Positions 1 to 9,081 of a DNA stretch of 64,000 bases are shown here, piece by piece. The DNA comes from Eubacteriales bacterium. Lineage in GTDB: Bacteria; Bacillota; Clostridia; Oscillospirales; CAG-272. Both the position numbers and the translations under genes were made by a program. Each line of letters opens with the position of its first letter. The stretch's first letter is position 1. The notes below the pieces were generated by a model, which saw only the letters and a program-made list of their open reading frames with translations, made no database searches and was not told where the DNA came from. The stretch lies in the NCBI GenBank assembly GCA_045634385.1, contig JAZRAE010000029.1, forward strand, positions 5,704-69,703, given 5' to 3'.

Positions 1-60
1 AGAGGTGAGAACGAGCAAAAGGATTACTGATGCTAAGATCAATAAAGAAACCTTTTTCAT
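1..60 (-). CDS. N-terminal 20 codons of a secreted or membrane protein (gene runs off the left edge)
   Basis: ATG at 60..58 on the minus strand, with GGAG 9 nt upstream. Translates to MKKVSLLILASVILLLVLTS, a hydrophobic signal/TM segment. A TGTTATAAT extended -10 lies further upstream. Confidence 0.4.
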   Translation of the reverse strand, partial: MKKVSLLILASVILLLVLTS

Positions 61-499
61 TTTGTTTTCTCCTTTTTAATTTTTTTATGGTAATACTTCC
101 CATAGTATTTACCGCAATATATTATAACACAAGAAAATTGAAAGGTCTATAGTTTTTTGCTCTTAATTTTATTTTCATTAATACTGTCTATTTACTTTGT
201 ATTTTTTTGTGCATTATGCCCGTGCAAACTTCAATAATGAAGAAAAAAGTGCAAAAAAGCGGCATACAGGCGGTGTCGAGTCAGCGAAGCGGCCGACCAA
301 TGCAGAATTCAGAATGCTGAATTGAGTTTGCCTATGGCAAAGCGATACGTCACGTGTGTGGCGAGATGTATTACCCTAAAGAGAGAATGCGTATACCGCT
401 TACGGTATCTTGCGTTCCCCGTCATGTCGGCTTACAAATAGCAAATACTTTTGCTATGCTAACGCTATATGCGCCATAGCGTATTAAGGCGGGAAATGT

Positions 500-535
500 A
501 AAAAAAACAGACTTGCAAGAAAATCCTGCAAGTCT
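500..535 (-). terminator. Rho-independent terminator of the 967-aa lipoprotein gene
   Basis: Perfect 9-bp inverted repeat agacttgca/tgcaagtct (509-517/527-535). It is followed on the minus strand by a run of 7 T (complement of a501-a507). Confidence 0.75.
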
Positions 536-637
536 GCTCGGTAAAATGATATGAATTTTTATGCATCGAGTAATTACCACCCTTAGGTGCATGTTTGCCA
601 CATATCGCGTCGTTTTATGAGTAGCAAAGATAGATCA

Positions 638-3541
638 TCAATCGATGGAAAGTGTGATAGTTATATTACCGGGAGTGTTCCACGTGCCTATGCTGAACCG
701 GTAAGTCATCCCCTCGGTAACTTCAAGCGAGATCGTTTCAGTCAAGTATGCACTGGCATTTATACCCGTATTTTCTCCCCTATCGTTAAGCTCAAAGATG
801 TTGCCCCAGGAGTCTGCGCTCGGCCAGGTAATGGTGAATGTACCGGTCTTCTCGGCAGTAAATTTGTAGAACACCTTGCTTGAGGTGTTGGAATAGAGAG
901 TTATGCTCTCGGGTAGAGATTCAAGTATGTATGGATTTTTTTCAGTTCCATCAGGCTCTACATCCGGCGTTTGATTTTTACCGTCCTCGATGATGATATC
1001 TTCATCGGTGGGTACGAGTGTATAGTAAGTGCCATTGTTGTATATCGCACTCATCGTACCATCTGTAATCGTAAACTTTGGATCTGAGGTATTGGGAAGT
1101 TTATTACCCTTATAATAAACCTCAAACACTCCATCAACATAGGTGTAAGTAAAGGTTGTAACTCTGCCCTCGGGGTCAACGATGTTGATCGACGTGGAAT
1201 CAATGAGAACACGCACGTTGGTATTATAGGCGTTCAAGGTATTAAAGTTACCCTCAAGGCCGGTAAGAGTCGGGGAGGGATCAGGATCAGGCTCGGGATC
1301 TGTCGTGTCAGAACTGCCGCCTGCAGCTCGATACGAGATAGTGAACGTGTATTCACCCGCATCGCTAAGCCCACCGATATAAACAGAGATAGTATACGTA
1401 CCCGGGGTGAGATAAGCAGAGTCGCGGGAAATGAGCATGTTTTTAGAATCGTAGAAGTTGGCAAACATCATATCCGCACTAAACAAATACGTGCCCTCTT
1501 CAGTCACCTCAAGGGTATAAATGATAGCCTCTTTCTCAAGGTCAAAGTCGTTCAAAACCAAGGTGTGAGTTCCGATAGTAATTGAATTCACGGTAGGAAC
1601 TTCCGGATTAGCGTTACCACCATTTTCCCCGGAATATTCGGTTATTTCATAATAAATGTAAACAAATATTTCCTTTTCCGGCGAAGAAACATAGAATTTA
1701 TAGGTTTCTCCTTTTTTGAGTGAAACAGTATTTGTACCACCTTTAGGTAAATTTGTCTGTTTGTCAATGGCGTTAAAATCTGCCCAAGGGTTCTCTTCAC
1801 CGTCACTCCATGCACCGACGTAGCTGCCCGCAGGAACGGTAAAGGTGTAGTCGCCGTCAGAGGGGGCTGTAAATGTAACGTAATCTACCCACGAGTTGTT
1901 ATCGGTGATTTCAACCTTAATGGCATTCTCGGGAGTGGGGGTTGGATCATATGGTTTTGTCTCAGCTTCCTCGGCGATGACGGTAACCTCTTTTATAACA
2001 TCGCCCGCTATGATAGTTACTGTATAAGTGCCCGCAACTTTTACGTTGAAGATTGCAGATGACGTGATCGCATTAGAGAAGCAAATAACGTCAGCATATG
2101 GACAGAAAGCGATGAACTCATCACCAACGTAGCTAATTGAAGTGCCCTCCGGTTTAAAGTTACCAAGATAAAGATGGAACACCTTACCTACCGTGACGTT
2201 AATCGTACCGTTTATCATCTCGGTCCGATCGACATCCGCATAGATATCAAAGTCAGTAGGGATAAATTCGCTCTTGGGATGCTCGCTGACGTAATTCCTT
2301 ACACCCTCATTTTGTTTCACATCAAAGGTGTAGGTATCCGGGCGTGCATTAGCGCGCATTGTTATTTTGCCTGTTGCGGGATCATAGTTAAAGTCCTTGT
2401 CAACCTCATCCTCAAGGGAGTTAGTGTAACAATCACAGAGAACGTTAAGTTCACTCAGTGCGCCGCTGTCGGATATTGTAAAGGAAACTTTCACCTCATA
2501 ATAGTCCACATGAGGAGCTTCCCCTACAGCCGTGTTAAGATTTACGTATAAATAATTGAATGCAAAGAGGTATTTTCCATCCTCATATTTTGATGTAAAA
2601 TCGGAGGCATCTTTGCTTTTCGCAAGGGTATAAATCACATCAAGGAGATTCTCTGCTCCGTATGCATTCGCGAGTGTGGATACCGAATAATAGCATCCGA
2701 CAAGCTTATTTTGATTAGATGCAGCATCAAAAACTATACTACCCTCTTCTCCCTCGCTCGTCTGTCGATAAACACCAAAAACAGATCCGTCATCAAGAAG
2801 CTGATACCAGCTTTCCTGAGTGCTTGACACCTGATTGCCGTAGTTCTCAGACTGATTCTCTGCCTTGTAATACGATGCTCCATTACCAAGTACGTAGGTA
2901 AGCACCATATCATTATTAATATAGCCAAGTGCCGAGGAGCTATAATAGTTATAGTTGAGTGTTCCGCCGTTGATCTTATAGGAGTTAGAAACAACAATCG
3001 GAATAATAGAGTCTAGATTGGATATATCAACATCGCAAACTTTCTCTGCGCAGACTGTACATCTACCGAAGATATCTACCACGTGTACGTGTGCTTTACA
3101 AGAGTCACAAGAACCATCCGAGTCGGTGTCAAGATGGGGGGCGAGATCAGTACTTTCTCCCGTATGGGAGCATGTCGCCTCTCTCCAGTGGTGAGTCGCA
3201 TCGAAGTTCCAGTCATCTCTGTATGTGTGCGAGTGTCCTACTTCATATGCACACACGTCACACTTGCCGTCCTCATCCGTGTCGGAATGAGAATCTACGT
3301 CAGCCTTAAGAGATGTATGCTCACAGGTAGGAGCGTGCCAATGCTCCAAGGAGTTATACGACCACTTGTCACTAAAGGTGTGCTCGCAGGGGGTGTTGTT
3401 TCCCTCATTTTCACCATTTCCCTCATTATTATCAATATCCGTTTGACCGGAATTATCTAAATCACCCAAAAACGCACAGGAACTAAACAAGAATGCTATC
3501 GTTGCAAACAAGCAAAGCAACACCAGTACTCTTCTTTCCAT
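638..3541 (-). CDS. Large Cys/His-rich surface lipoprotein, paralog 1 (967 aa), function unknown
   Basis: Long ORF with a lipoprotein signal (LLCLFATIAFLFSSC). It has repeated CEHTFSDKWS..EHWHA.TCEH and D.D.DG.CD.C modules, several PPC-like signatures (VTFTAPSDGDYTFTVP, FYKFTAEKTGTFTITWP), and aligns by eye with 3830..7288 at both ends. Confidence 0.85.
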   Translation of the reverse strand: MERRVLVLLCLFATIAFLFSSCAFLGDLDNSGQTDIDNNEGNGENEGNNTPCEHTFSDKWSYNSLEHWHAPTCEHTSLKADVDSHSDTDEDGKCDVCAYEVGHSHTYRDDWNFDATHHWREATCSHTGESTDLAPHLDTDSDGSCDSCKAHVHVVDIFGRCTVCAEKVCDVDISNLDSIIPIVVSNSYKINGGTLNYNYYSSSALGYINNDMVLTYVLGNGASYYKAENQSENYGNQVSSTQESWYQLLDDGSVFGVYRQTSEGEEGSIVFDAASNQNKLVGCYYSVSTLANAYGAENLLDVIYTLAKSKDASDFTSKYEDGKYLFAFNYLYVNLNTAVGEAPHVDYYEVKVSFTISDSGALSELNVLCDCYTNSLEDEVDKDFNYDPATGKITMRANARPDTYTFDVKQNEGVRNYVSEHPKSEFIPTDFDIYADVDRTEMINGTINVTVGKVFHLYLGNFKPEGTSISYVGDEFIAFCPYADVICFSNAITSSAIFNVKVAGTYTVTIIAGDVIKEVTVIAEEAETKPYDPTPTPENAIKVEITDNNSWVDYVTFTAPSDGDYTFTVPAGSYVGAWSDGEENPWADFNAIDKQTNLPKGGTNTVSLKKGETYKFYVSSPEKEIFVYIYYEITEYSGENGGNANPEVPTVNSITIGTHTLVLNDFDLEKEAIIYTLEVTEEGTYLFSADMMFANFYDSKNMLISRDSAYLTPGTYTISVYIGGLSDAGEYTFTISYRAAGGSSDTTDPEPDPDPSPTLTGLEGNFNTLNAYNTNVRVLIDSTSINIVDPEGRVTTFTYTYVDGVFEVYYKGNKLPNTSDPKFTITDGTMSAIYNNGTYYTLVPTDEDIIIEDGKNQTPDVEPDGTEKNPYILESLPESITLYSNTSSKVFYKFTAEKTGTFTITWPSADSWGNIFELNDRGENTGINASAYLTETISLEVTEGMTYRFSIGTWNTPGNITITLSID

Positions 3542-3737
3542 AGTTAAGTGCCTCCAATCTATCTTTATACGTATTGCAAAATCATAATTTAAAAAATAAA
3601 AATACTACGGTATGTTATCATATATTATACAATATATTACAAATATTTTCAAGTGCAAAAGGCAAATATATATTTCTTTTTTGCATAATCGATGTCATTT
3701 TGCACTTAAACCGCATTTTTATTTCATTGATGTTGCA

Positions 3738-3770
3738 TAAAAATGCACCACCCCGTACGGAGTGGTGCAT
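3738..3770 (-). terminator. Rho-independent terminator of the 1152-aa lipoprotein gene
   Basis: Stem atgcaccacccc/ggagtggtgcat with loop gtac. It is followed on the minus strand by TTTTTA. Confidence 0.7.
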
Positions 3771-3829
3771 CTATGGTATTTTAGTTATACAGAGTTTTTA
3801 CTCGGTATGACGTTTTCGTTATTCGAGCC

Positions 3830-6800
3830 TTAAGCTACGGTGATTATGATAGTAACCTCGCCTGCAACTGCCCAAGTACCAAGGCTGAATCTGTAAGATG
3901 TGCCCTCGGTAATCTCGAAGGAGAAGGTTTCAGTCTCACATGCAGATGTATCATTTCCGGTATTTTCACCGTTTTCATTAAGCTCAAAGATATCTCCCCA
4001 AGAATCTGCGGTGGGCCAGGTAAAGGTAATTGTACCTGTCTGGGTTGCAGTGAAGATATAGAAAACTTTGTTAAATGTATCGGAGTTAAAGGTAATCGAC
4101 TCGGGAAGAATGCTAAGAACATAGGGGTCATCCTCTGTGCCGGAACCTGCATTTTCTGCTCCCTCTAACTCATAGCAAATGGTACACACACCGTCAACAT
4201 AGTTGTGGCCGAGTGCCTCTCCGTAGTAAGACCAGCAGTTGTAGCAATATGCGGGATCGGTACAGGTTGCGGGATCACCGGAATGATCAGGGGTGGTGAA
4301 TGTCTCACCGCATTCCATACACTCACCGCTCTCACCACAGCCGAGATACCAGTTGTAGTGACCTTCTGCATAGTATGTATATGATTCTACCTCTTCACAG
4401 ATGGTACATACAGCGTAATATTCGCCGTCCTCTGTACAGGTAGCGTATACATCCTTCTGAACGTCCCAATTGTGAGCGTAATAATAGTCGATTTCCTGCT
4501 CTTCGGTTGCTGTACAGCCTTCGTTGGTACAAGCTACCTTCTTAATACCGTTGGTCTGAGTCAGACAGTTTGCGGGAGTGATAATTTCTTCTTCACCCCA
4601 GAAAGCGTGTGCCTCAGAATCAATAGGAGTCTCTTCTGTGTAGTAGCTATAGCAGTAGATACACTCAAAAACAGCAACGCCGGGAGTTACACAAGTAGCA
4701 TTTACAAGCGCGTGATGATAGAAGGTATTTTCTTCGTACACGTGCTCGCAAACCTCGCCGCAAAGAGTACATACGCCATCTTCATACGCGTGCTCGCATC
4801 CGGACTCGCCATCTGAAGTAAGGGCGTAATAAGAACCGTTGTAATCAGCACTTGTGGGAACACCATTACCGTCGATTACAAGATTGCCTGCCAAAGGATT
4901 AAGCGCAACGCCATCCTCGCTATAAAGAGTAACAATACCGTTAACAATCTCATAGGTTGCTACGATAGAAGAATTTCCTGCCATAGGATGATCATAAATA
5001 AAGGTTACAGTATTGCCTTCAATAATTACGGTGAGAACCTGATTATCCCAATAATCAGTACCAAGGTAAGTGCCTTCAACAATACTTGTGGGCATATCAT
5101 CGTTAGCCTCTTCAACAACATATGTGTTACCGTTATATACAAAGGATGTGGGAACACCGTCAGAGTTAAGAGTTACACCGAGAATGTACTCACTCATTGC
5201 ATTGCCGTTAAGGAAAACGGTCATAACGCCGTCTGCAAATGTGTACTCGTAAACATTACCAGCCATGGTAACGGTGCTTGCATCTGTATCAATAACAAGA
5301 GTGCAGGTGCCGTAACCGGAACCGTAATATGTGCCGCCAACAACTTCGGATGCAGTACCGCCGTTATTGTCACCGCCTTCAACATCACCTGCGGTGTAGG
5401 TGTAGGAAATAAGCCACTCGCCCTTTGTAGTAGCAGCGATGAAGTATACGTATTCTTCACCCTCTGTAAGCTCTACAGTAACTGTTGCGCCAAATTCATT
5501 ATCATAGAAGCCAACCTCAGCGTCTGCCCACTGATTATACGCCTCAGCGGAATACCAACCAAGACCTGCAGGAACGGAGAAGACGTATGTACCTGAACCG
5601 GGAGCGGTGAATGTGTATTCATCAATGTAACCGTATGTATCGGTTGTTTCTACAACAAACTCGTCCTCACCGGCAACTATGTCGCCACTGCCTGATCCAT
5701 CCTCAACTACAATAGTGAAGGAGAAGGTCTTGCCGCCGAGAATGATCTCAACGGGATATGTACCGGCAGCGTAAGCATAAAGAGAAACGTTATTACCGTA
5801 ACCGAAGCCCCAGATGTTTTCATCAGCATTTACTACGAGAGAGTCAATGATGTATGCAACATTAGAATTTTCGGGAGTGCAGTTGCCAAAGTAAAGATCA
5901 ATGAAATCGCCAAGAGTGATGGTAATGGTGTCACCAAGCCCTACAGTACAATCCTCATCAACAAATACGTCAAAGTCTTCGGGAATAAAATCGGAAGCGG
6001 AATACTCTGCAACATAGGTTCTCTCACCCTCAGTCTGAGTTACTACGAAGGTGTATACATCTGCAACTGCAGTATCCTTCAAAGTAATTGTGTTTGTGTT
6101 CTGATCATAGGTGTAGTCCTGATCCCATTCGCTCTCAACAGAGTTGGTATAGCAATCACACTGAATATTAAGACCGGTAAGTGTACCCTTAGCGGAAACG
6201 GTGAAGCTAACTGCCACCTCATAGTAGTCAACGTGGTTACCCTCACCCATACCGGTGTCGGAATTTACATAAAGATAATTGTAAGAGAAGCTGTAAGTTC
6301 CGTTGTCATAGTTGTAGACATACTCGGAAGCTGAGGCACTCTGAGAAAGATCATAAAGAACCTTAAGAGTGTTCTCGGGACCATATGCATCTGCAAGAGT
6401 GGATATAGCGAAATAATAACCACCGATAAGCTCGCTGGTGGGATTATCGTCGATCATGAAGTCACTAAATTCACCTTCATATTCGGTACGGAATATACCC
6501 GATACGGTATCGTCCGCAAGAAGCTCGTACCAAGCCCACTGAGTCTGCTCTCCCTCATACTTGTAATGACCGTCAAAATCAACGCCCTCCTGAAGGCTAT
6601 AATAATGAGCCTTGTAGAAGGATGCTGCATTACCGAGAAGATAATCGATAGTCTGAGTGAATGCAGAAATGCTTTCCTGAGCAACGCTGGTACCAAGATA
6701 GTCGTTTATGATCTTACCACCTGTTACGTTGTTCTTACTTGCAAGAATGATAGGAAGAATAACTTCGATGTCGGTAACATCAGTATCGAATACCTGCTCA

Positions 6801-7288
6801 CCGCAAACGGTACACTTGCCGTAGATATCAACTGCGTGAACGTGTGCTGCGCAAACGTCACAGGAACCATCCTTAGCAGAGTCAATGTGTGCTGCAAGCT
6901 CGCCCTTCTCATCGGTGTGAGAACAGGTAGCGTCCTTCCAGTGGTAGTTTTCGTCAGAGGACCACGTCTCTGTCCATGTGTGAGTGTGACCGATTTCATA
7001 ATCACAAACGTCACACTTGCCGTTTTCGTCCGCATCGCTATGTGCTGCTACGCCGGACTTTTCTGTTGCATGCTCACATGTTGCCGCATGCCAGTGCTCG
7101 GTCGAGTTTGTCGACCATTTGTCACTGAATGTGTGCTCACAAGTCTCATTCTGATCTCCTTGATCCCCCTGAAGATTACCTCCTAAGATCCCCTCAAGAC
7201 CGGGAATAGCCGAAAGTGCATCACAAGAAGTACATACAAGAGCTACGATTGTAACAAGACAAAGGAGCAACAAAAATTTCCTTTTCAT
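3830..7288 (-). CDS. Large Cys/His-rich surface lipoprotein, paralog 2 (1152 aa), function unknown
   Basis: Lipoprotein signal (LLLCLVTIVALVCTSC). Shares the N-terminal CEHTFSDKWS..EHWHA.TCEH / D.D.(D/N)G.CDVC modules and the C-terminal module (GTEDDPYVLSILPESITF...FYIFTATQTGTITFTWP) with the 967-aa protein. It also carries an extra Cys-rich insert (H..W/F...ATCT..G....C..C repeats). Confidence 0.85.
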   Translation of the reverse strand: MKRKFLLLLCLVTIVALVCTSCDALSAIPGLEGILGGNLQGDQGDQNETCEHTFSDKWSTNSTEHWHAATCEHATEKSGVAAHSDADENGKCDVCDYEIGHTHTWTETWSSDENYHWKDATCSHTDEKGELAAHIDSAKDGSCDVCAAHVHAVDIYGKCTVCGEQVFDTDVTDIEVILPIILASKNNVTGGKIINDYLGTSVAQESISAFTQTIDYLLGNAASFYKAHYYSLQEGVDFDGHYKYEGEQTQWAWYELLADDTVSGIFRTEYEGEFSDFMIDDNPTSELIGGYYFAISTLADAYGPENTLKVLYDLSQSASASEYVYNYDNGTYSFSYNYLYVNSDTGMGEGNHVDYYEVAVSFTVSAKGTLTGLNIQCDCYTNSVESEWDQDYTYDQNTNTITLKDTAVADVYTFVVTQTEGERTYVAEYSASDFIPEDFDVFVDEDCTVGLGDTITITLGDFIDLYFGNCTPENSNVAYIIDSLVVNADENIWGFGYGNNVSLYAYAAGTYPVEIILGGKTFSFTIVVEDGSGSGDIVAGEDEFVVETTDTYGYIDEYTFTAPGSGTYVFSVPAGLGWYSAEAYNQWADAEVGFYDNEFGATVTVELTEGEEYVYFIAATTKGEWLISYTYTAGDVEGGDNNGGTASEVVGGTYYGSGYGTCTLVIDTDASTVTMAGNVYEYTFADGVMTVFLNGNAMSEYILGVTLNSDGVPTSFVYNGNTYVVEEANDDMPTSIVEGTYLGTDYWDNQVLTVIIEGNTVTFIYDHPMAGNSSIVATYEIVNGIVTLYSEDGVALNPLAGNLVIDGNGVPTSADYNGSYYALTSDGESGCEHAYEDGVCTLCGEVCEHVYEENTFYHHALVNATCVTPGVAVFECIYCYSYYTEETPIDSEAHAFWGEEEIITPANCLTQTNGIKKVACTNEGCTATEEQEIDYYYAHNWDVQKDVYATCTEDGEYYAVCTICEEVESYTYYAEGHYNWYLGCGESGECMECGETFTTPDHSGDPATCTDPAYCYNCWSYYGEALGHNYVDGVCTICYELEGAENAGSGTEDDPYVLSILPESITFNSDTFNKVFYIFTATQTGTITFTWPTADSWGDIFELNENGENTGNDTSACETETFSFEITEGTSYRFSLGTWAVAGEVTIIITVA

Positions 7289-7503
7289 TGTAAAAGGCCT
7301 CCTTATAAATTTTATTTCAATATTGGTTGAAATATCAAAAATAAATAGTGATGAATAAATATGCGCATTATATCGAATAAATAATCGTTAGTTTATACAA
7401 GCATTATAAACCTAAAGAAAGAAAAATTCAAGTAAAATCAGTATTTTACATTATTTTCGTAAGATCTGTTATTTACTCATCTGCTTGGAAAATAAATCTC
7501 CGT

Positions 7504-9081
7504 TCAATTTGTATAATATCCGCAAGCGAAGAGCCACTGGGAATCCTCATATGCGTCATATCTCGGCAAATGCTGCTCTGCCCAACCATTACCGTCGCTA
7601 AACAATTTTTGGCTAACACAATACTTCTGCAAGAAGTCCTTTAGCTCCTCGGTCACGGGGCATCTGCCCTCTATGGCAATATCGGCATATCCGCGCTGTC
7701 CGATATATCTTCTGTTGATGTGGCGACAGTCCGGCGTACACTTGGTGCAGTTATCCTCAATGGCACAAACGCCTCCGTTGGATGCAGCACACGGACAAGT
7801 ACCCAAGCAGAAGTATGCGCCGACCTTTTCTCCACTTCCCTGCGTCAGTCGGTCAAAGCCCTCAATAAATAGTTTGTAGTTCTCCGTACCGCCCGAAAGT
7901 GTAAGATTCTTATTTCCTGCATACTCGATTTCATTAAAAGCGGCGTCGATAAACTGAGTGGGAATGCTGATATTAGCATAGATAATAGGTCCCCATCCTC
8001 CGTACTCGGCGTACGTCTCCCGGTCGAAGACATGATAATAGCCATCATCGGGATTAAGCTTGAAGTACTGCTGATCAAATACGTTTTTGCCATCGATTTT
8101 TACCGAAGCAATATTATACTTTGAATCCCCATATTTTGACCTGTCGGCTGCAAGATATGAGCTATATCTGTCATACCAATCATTAAATGGGGCACCGTTG
8201 GGAATATACTCGGGATAAACGAAGTCAGAAGTAATCCAATCATAGGAGTATCCGCCCTCATAGGTGATTACAAAGTCAACGTTAGTAGGATAGGTAGCAT
8301 CCTTTCCCTCAAGAAGGATAGCAAAGGTGTAAACGTTACCGATAAATGCCTGATCTATCTCAACCACATGCTTGAAGTTAGTGGTATATCCGCTTGATGC
8401 ACCGCCACCGTCAATACGTTTTTCTCTGACCTTATACGCAAAGCTTCCTGCGTAAATATCAACGAAGGGATTATACATACCTGCGGATACGTCCATAATA
8501 GATTCTATACAATATGTACCGGGCTTTGTAGGCTCAAACTCGTAGAAGATCTCCTGAGCATCCATTGTAACTTTTGCCCTATAGACTCCGGGACCGGAAA
8601 GAGGAATACACTTATAAACATCAGTTCCGTCACCAAAAGTAGGATTAATTGTCATAAGCTCTATAACAACGTTTCTTGAATCATTATCCGCTTTGTAAAT
8701 ATTTGGGTTATATGTGTAGTTTGAAGGAAGGTTAATAAGCGTAACGGAATACTCACCGTCGAGCTCGTAACACTCTGCCTTACCGTCACTCGCGAGAGTA
8801 ACTGTACTATAGCTCTTCCCATCGGTCCATCTGACCTTTACAGCGAGAGAATCATCGGAAACCTCGGGGGGCGTGTACGGTTTTCCGTTAAGCATTACGG
8901 TTGCGATAAACGGTTCACCGCGCTCAACGGTACTGTCATTACCGTTGTTTTCGTTTCCGTTATTCTGATCTTCGGTTTCTTCACCATCAGGATCATCAAC
9001 AGGAGCGTTGTACTCACCACAGCCAAAGATCGAGAAAATGAAGATAAAAATCAAAAGGAGGAAAAGTATTCTGTTTTTCAT
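7504..9081 (-). CDS. Lipoprotein (525 aa), last gene of the MoxR/VWA operon, function unknown
   Basis: Signal plus lipobox (IFIFSIFGC). Has a PPC-like signature (FYEFEPTKPGTYCIES) and a Cys-rich C-terminus ending CPVTEELKDFL...WLFACGYY. Its start overlaps the stop of the upstream VWA gene by 4 nt. Confidence 0.85.
   Translation of the reverse strand: MKNRILFLLLIFIFIFSIFGCGEYNAPVDDPDGEETEDQNNGNENNGNDSTVERGEPFIATVMLNGKPYTPPEVSDDSLAVKVRWTDGKSYSTVTLASDGKAECYELDGEYSVTLINLPSNYTYNPNIYKADNDSRNVVIELMTINPTFGDGTDVYKCIPLSGPGVYRAKVTMDAQEIFYEFEPTKPGTYCIESIMDVSAGMYNPFVDIYAGSFAYKVREKRIDGGGASSGYTTNFKHVVEIDQAFIGNVYTFAILLEGKDATYPTNVDFVITYEGGYSYDWITSDFVYPEYIPNGAPFNDWYDRYSSYLAADRSKYGDSKYNIASVKIDGKNVFDQQYFKLNPDDGYYHVFDRETYAEYGGWGPIIYANISIPTQFIDAAFNEIEYAGNKNLTLSGGTENYKLFIEGFDRLTQGSGEKVGAYFCLGTCPCAASNGGVCAIEDNCTKCTPDCRHINRRYIGQRGYADIAIEGRCPVTEELKDFLQKYCVSQKLFSDGNGWAEQHLPRYDAYEDSQWLFACGYYTN

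Noticed and set aside
587-883. 98-aa plus-strand ORF at the 3' end of the 967-aa gene, plus other short ORFs in the track (e.g. 3574..3810, 34199..34426, 52117..52365, 63678..63896).
   Set aside because: They overlap better-supported genes on the other strand or lie in AT-rich promoter/terminator regions. They lack an RBS and have no recognisable features.
638-7288. Tandem variable paralogs considered as diversity-generating retroelement targets.
   Set aside because: There is no reverse transcriptase and no template/variable repeat pair with adenine-specific differences in the window. The divergence is spread over the whole proteins.
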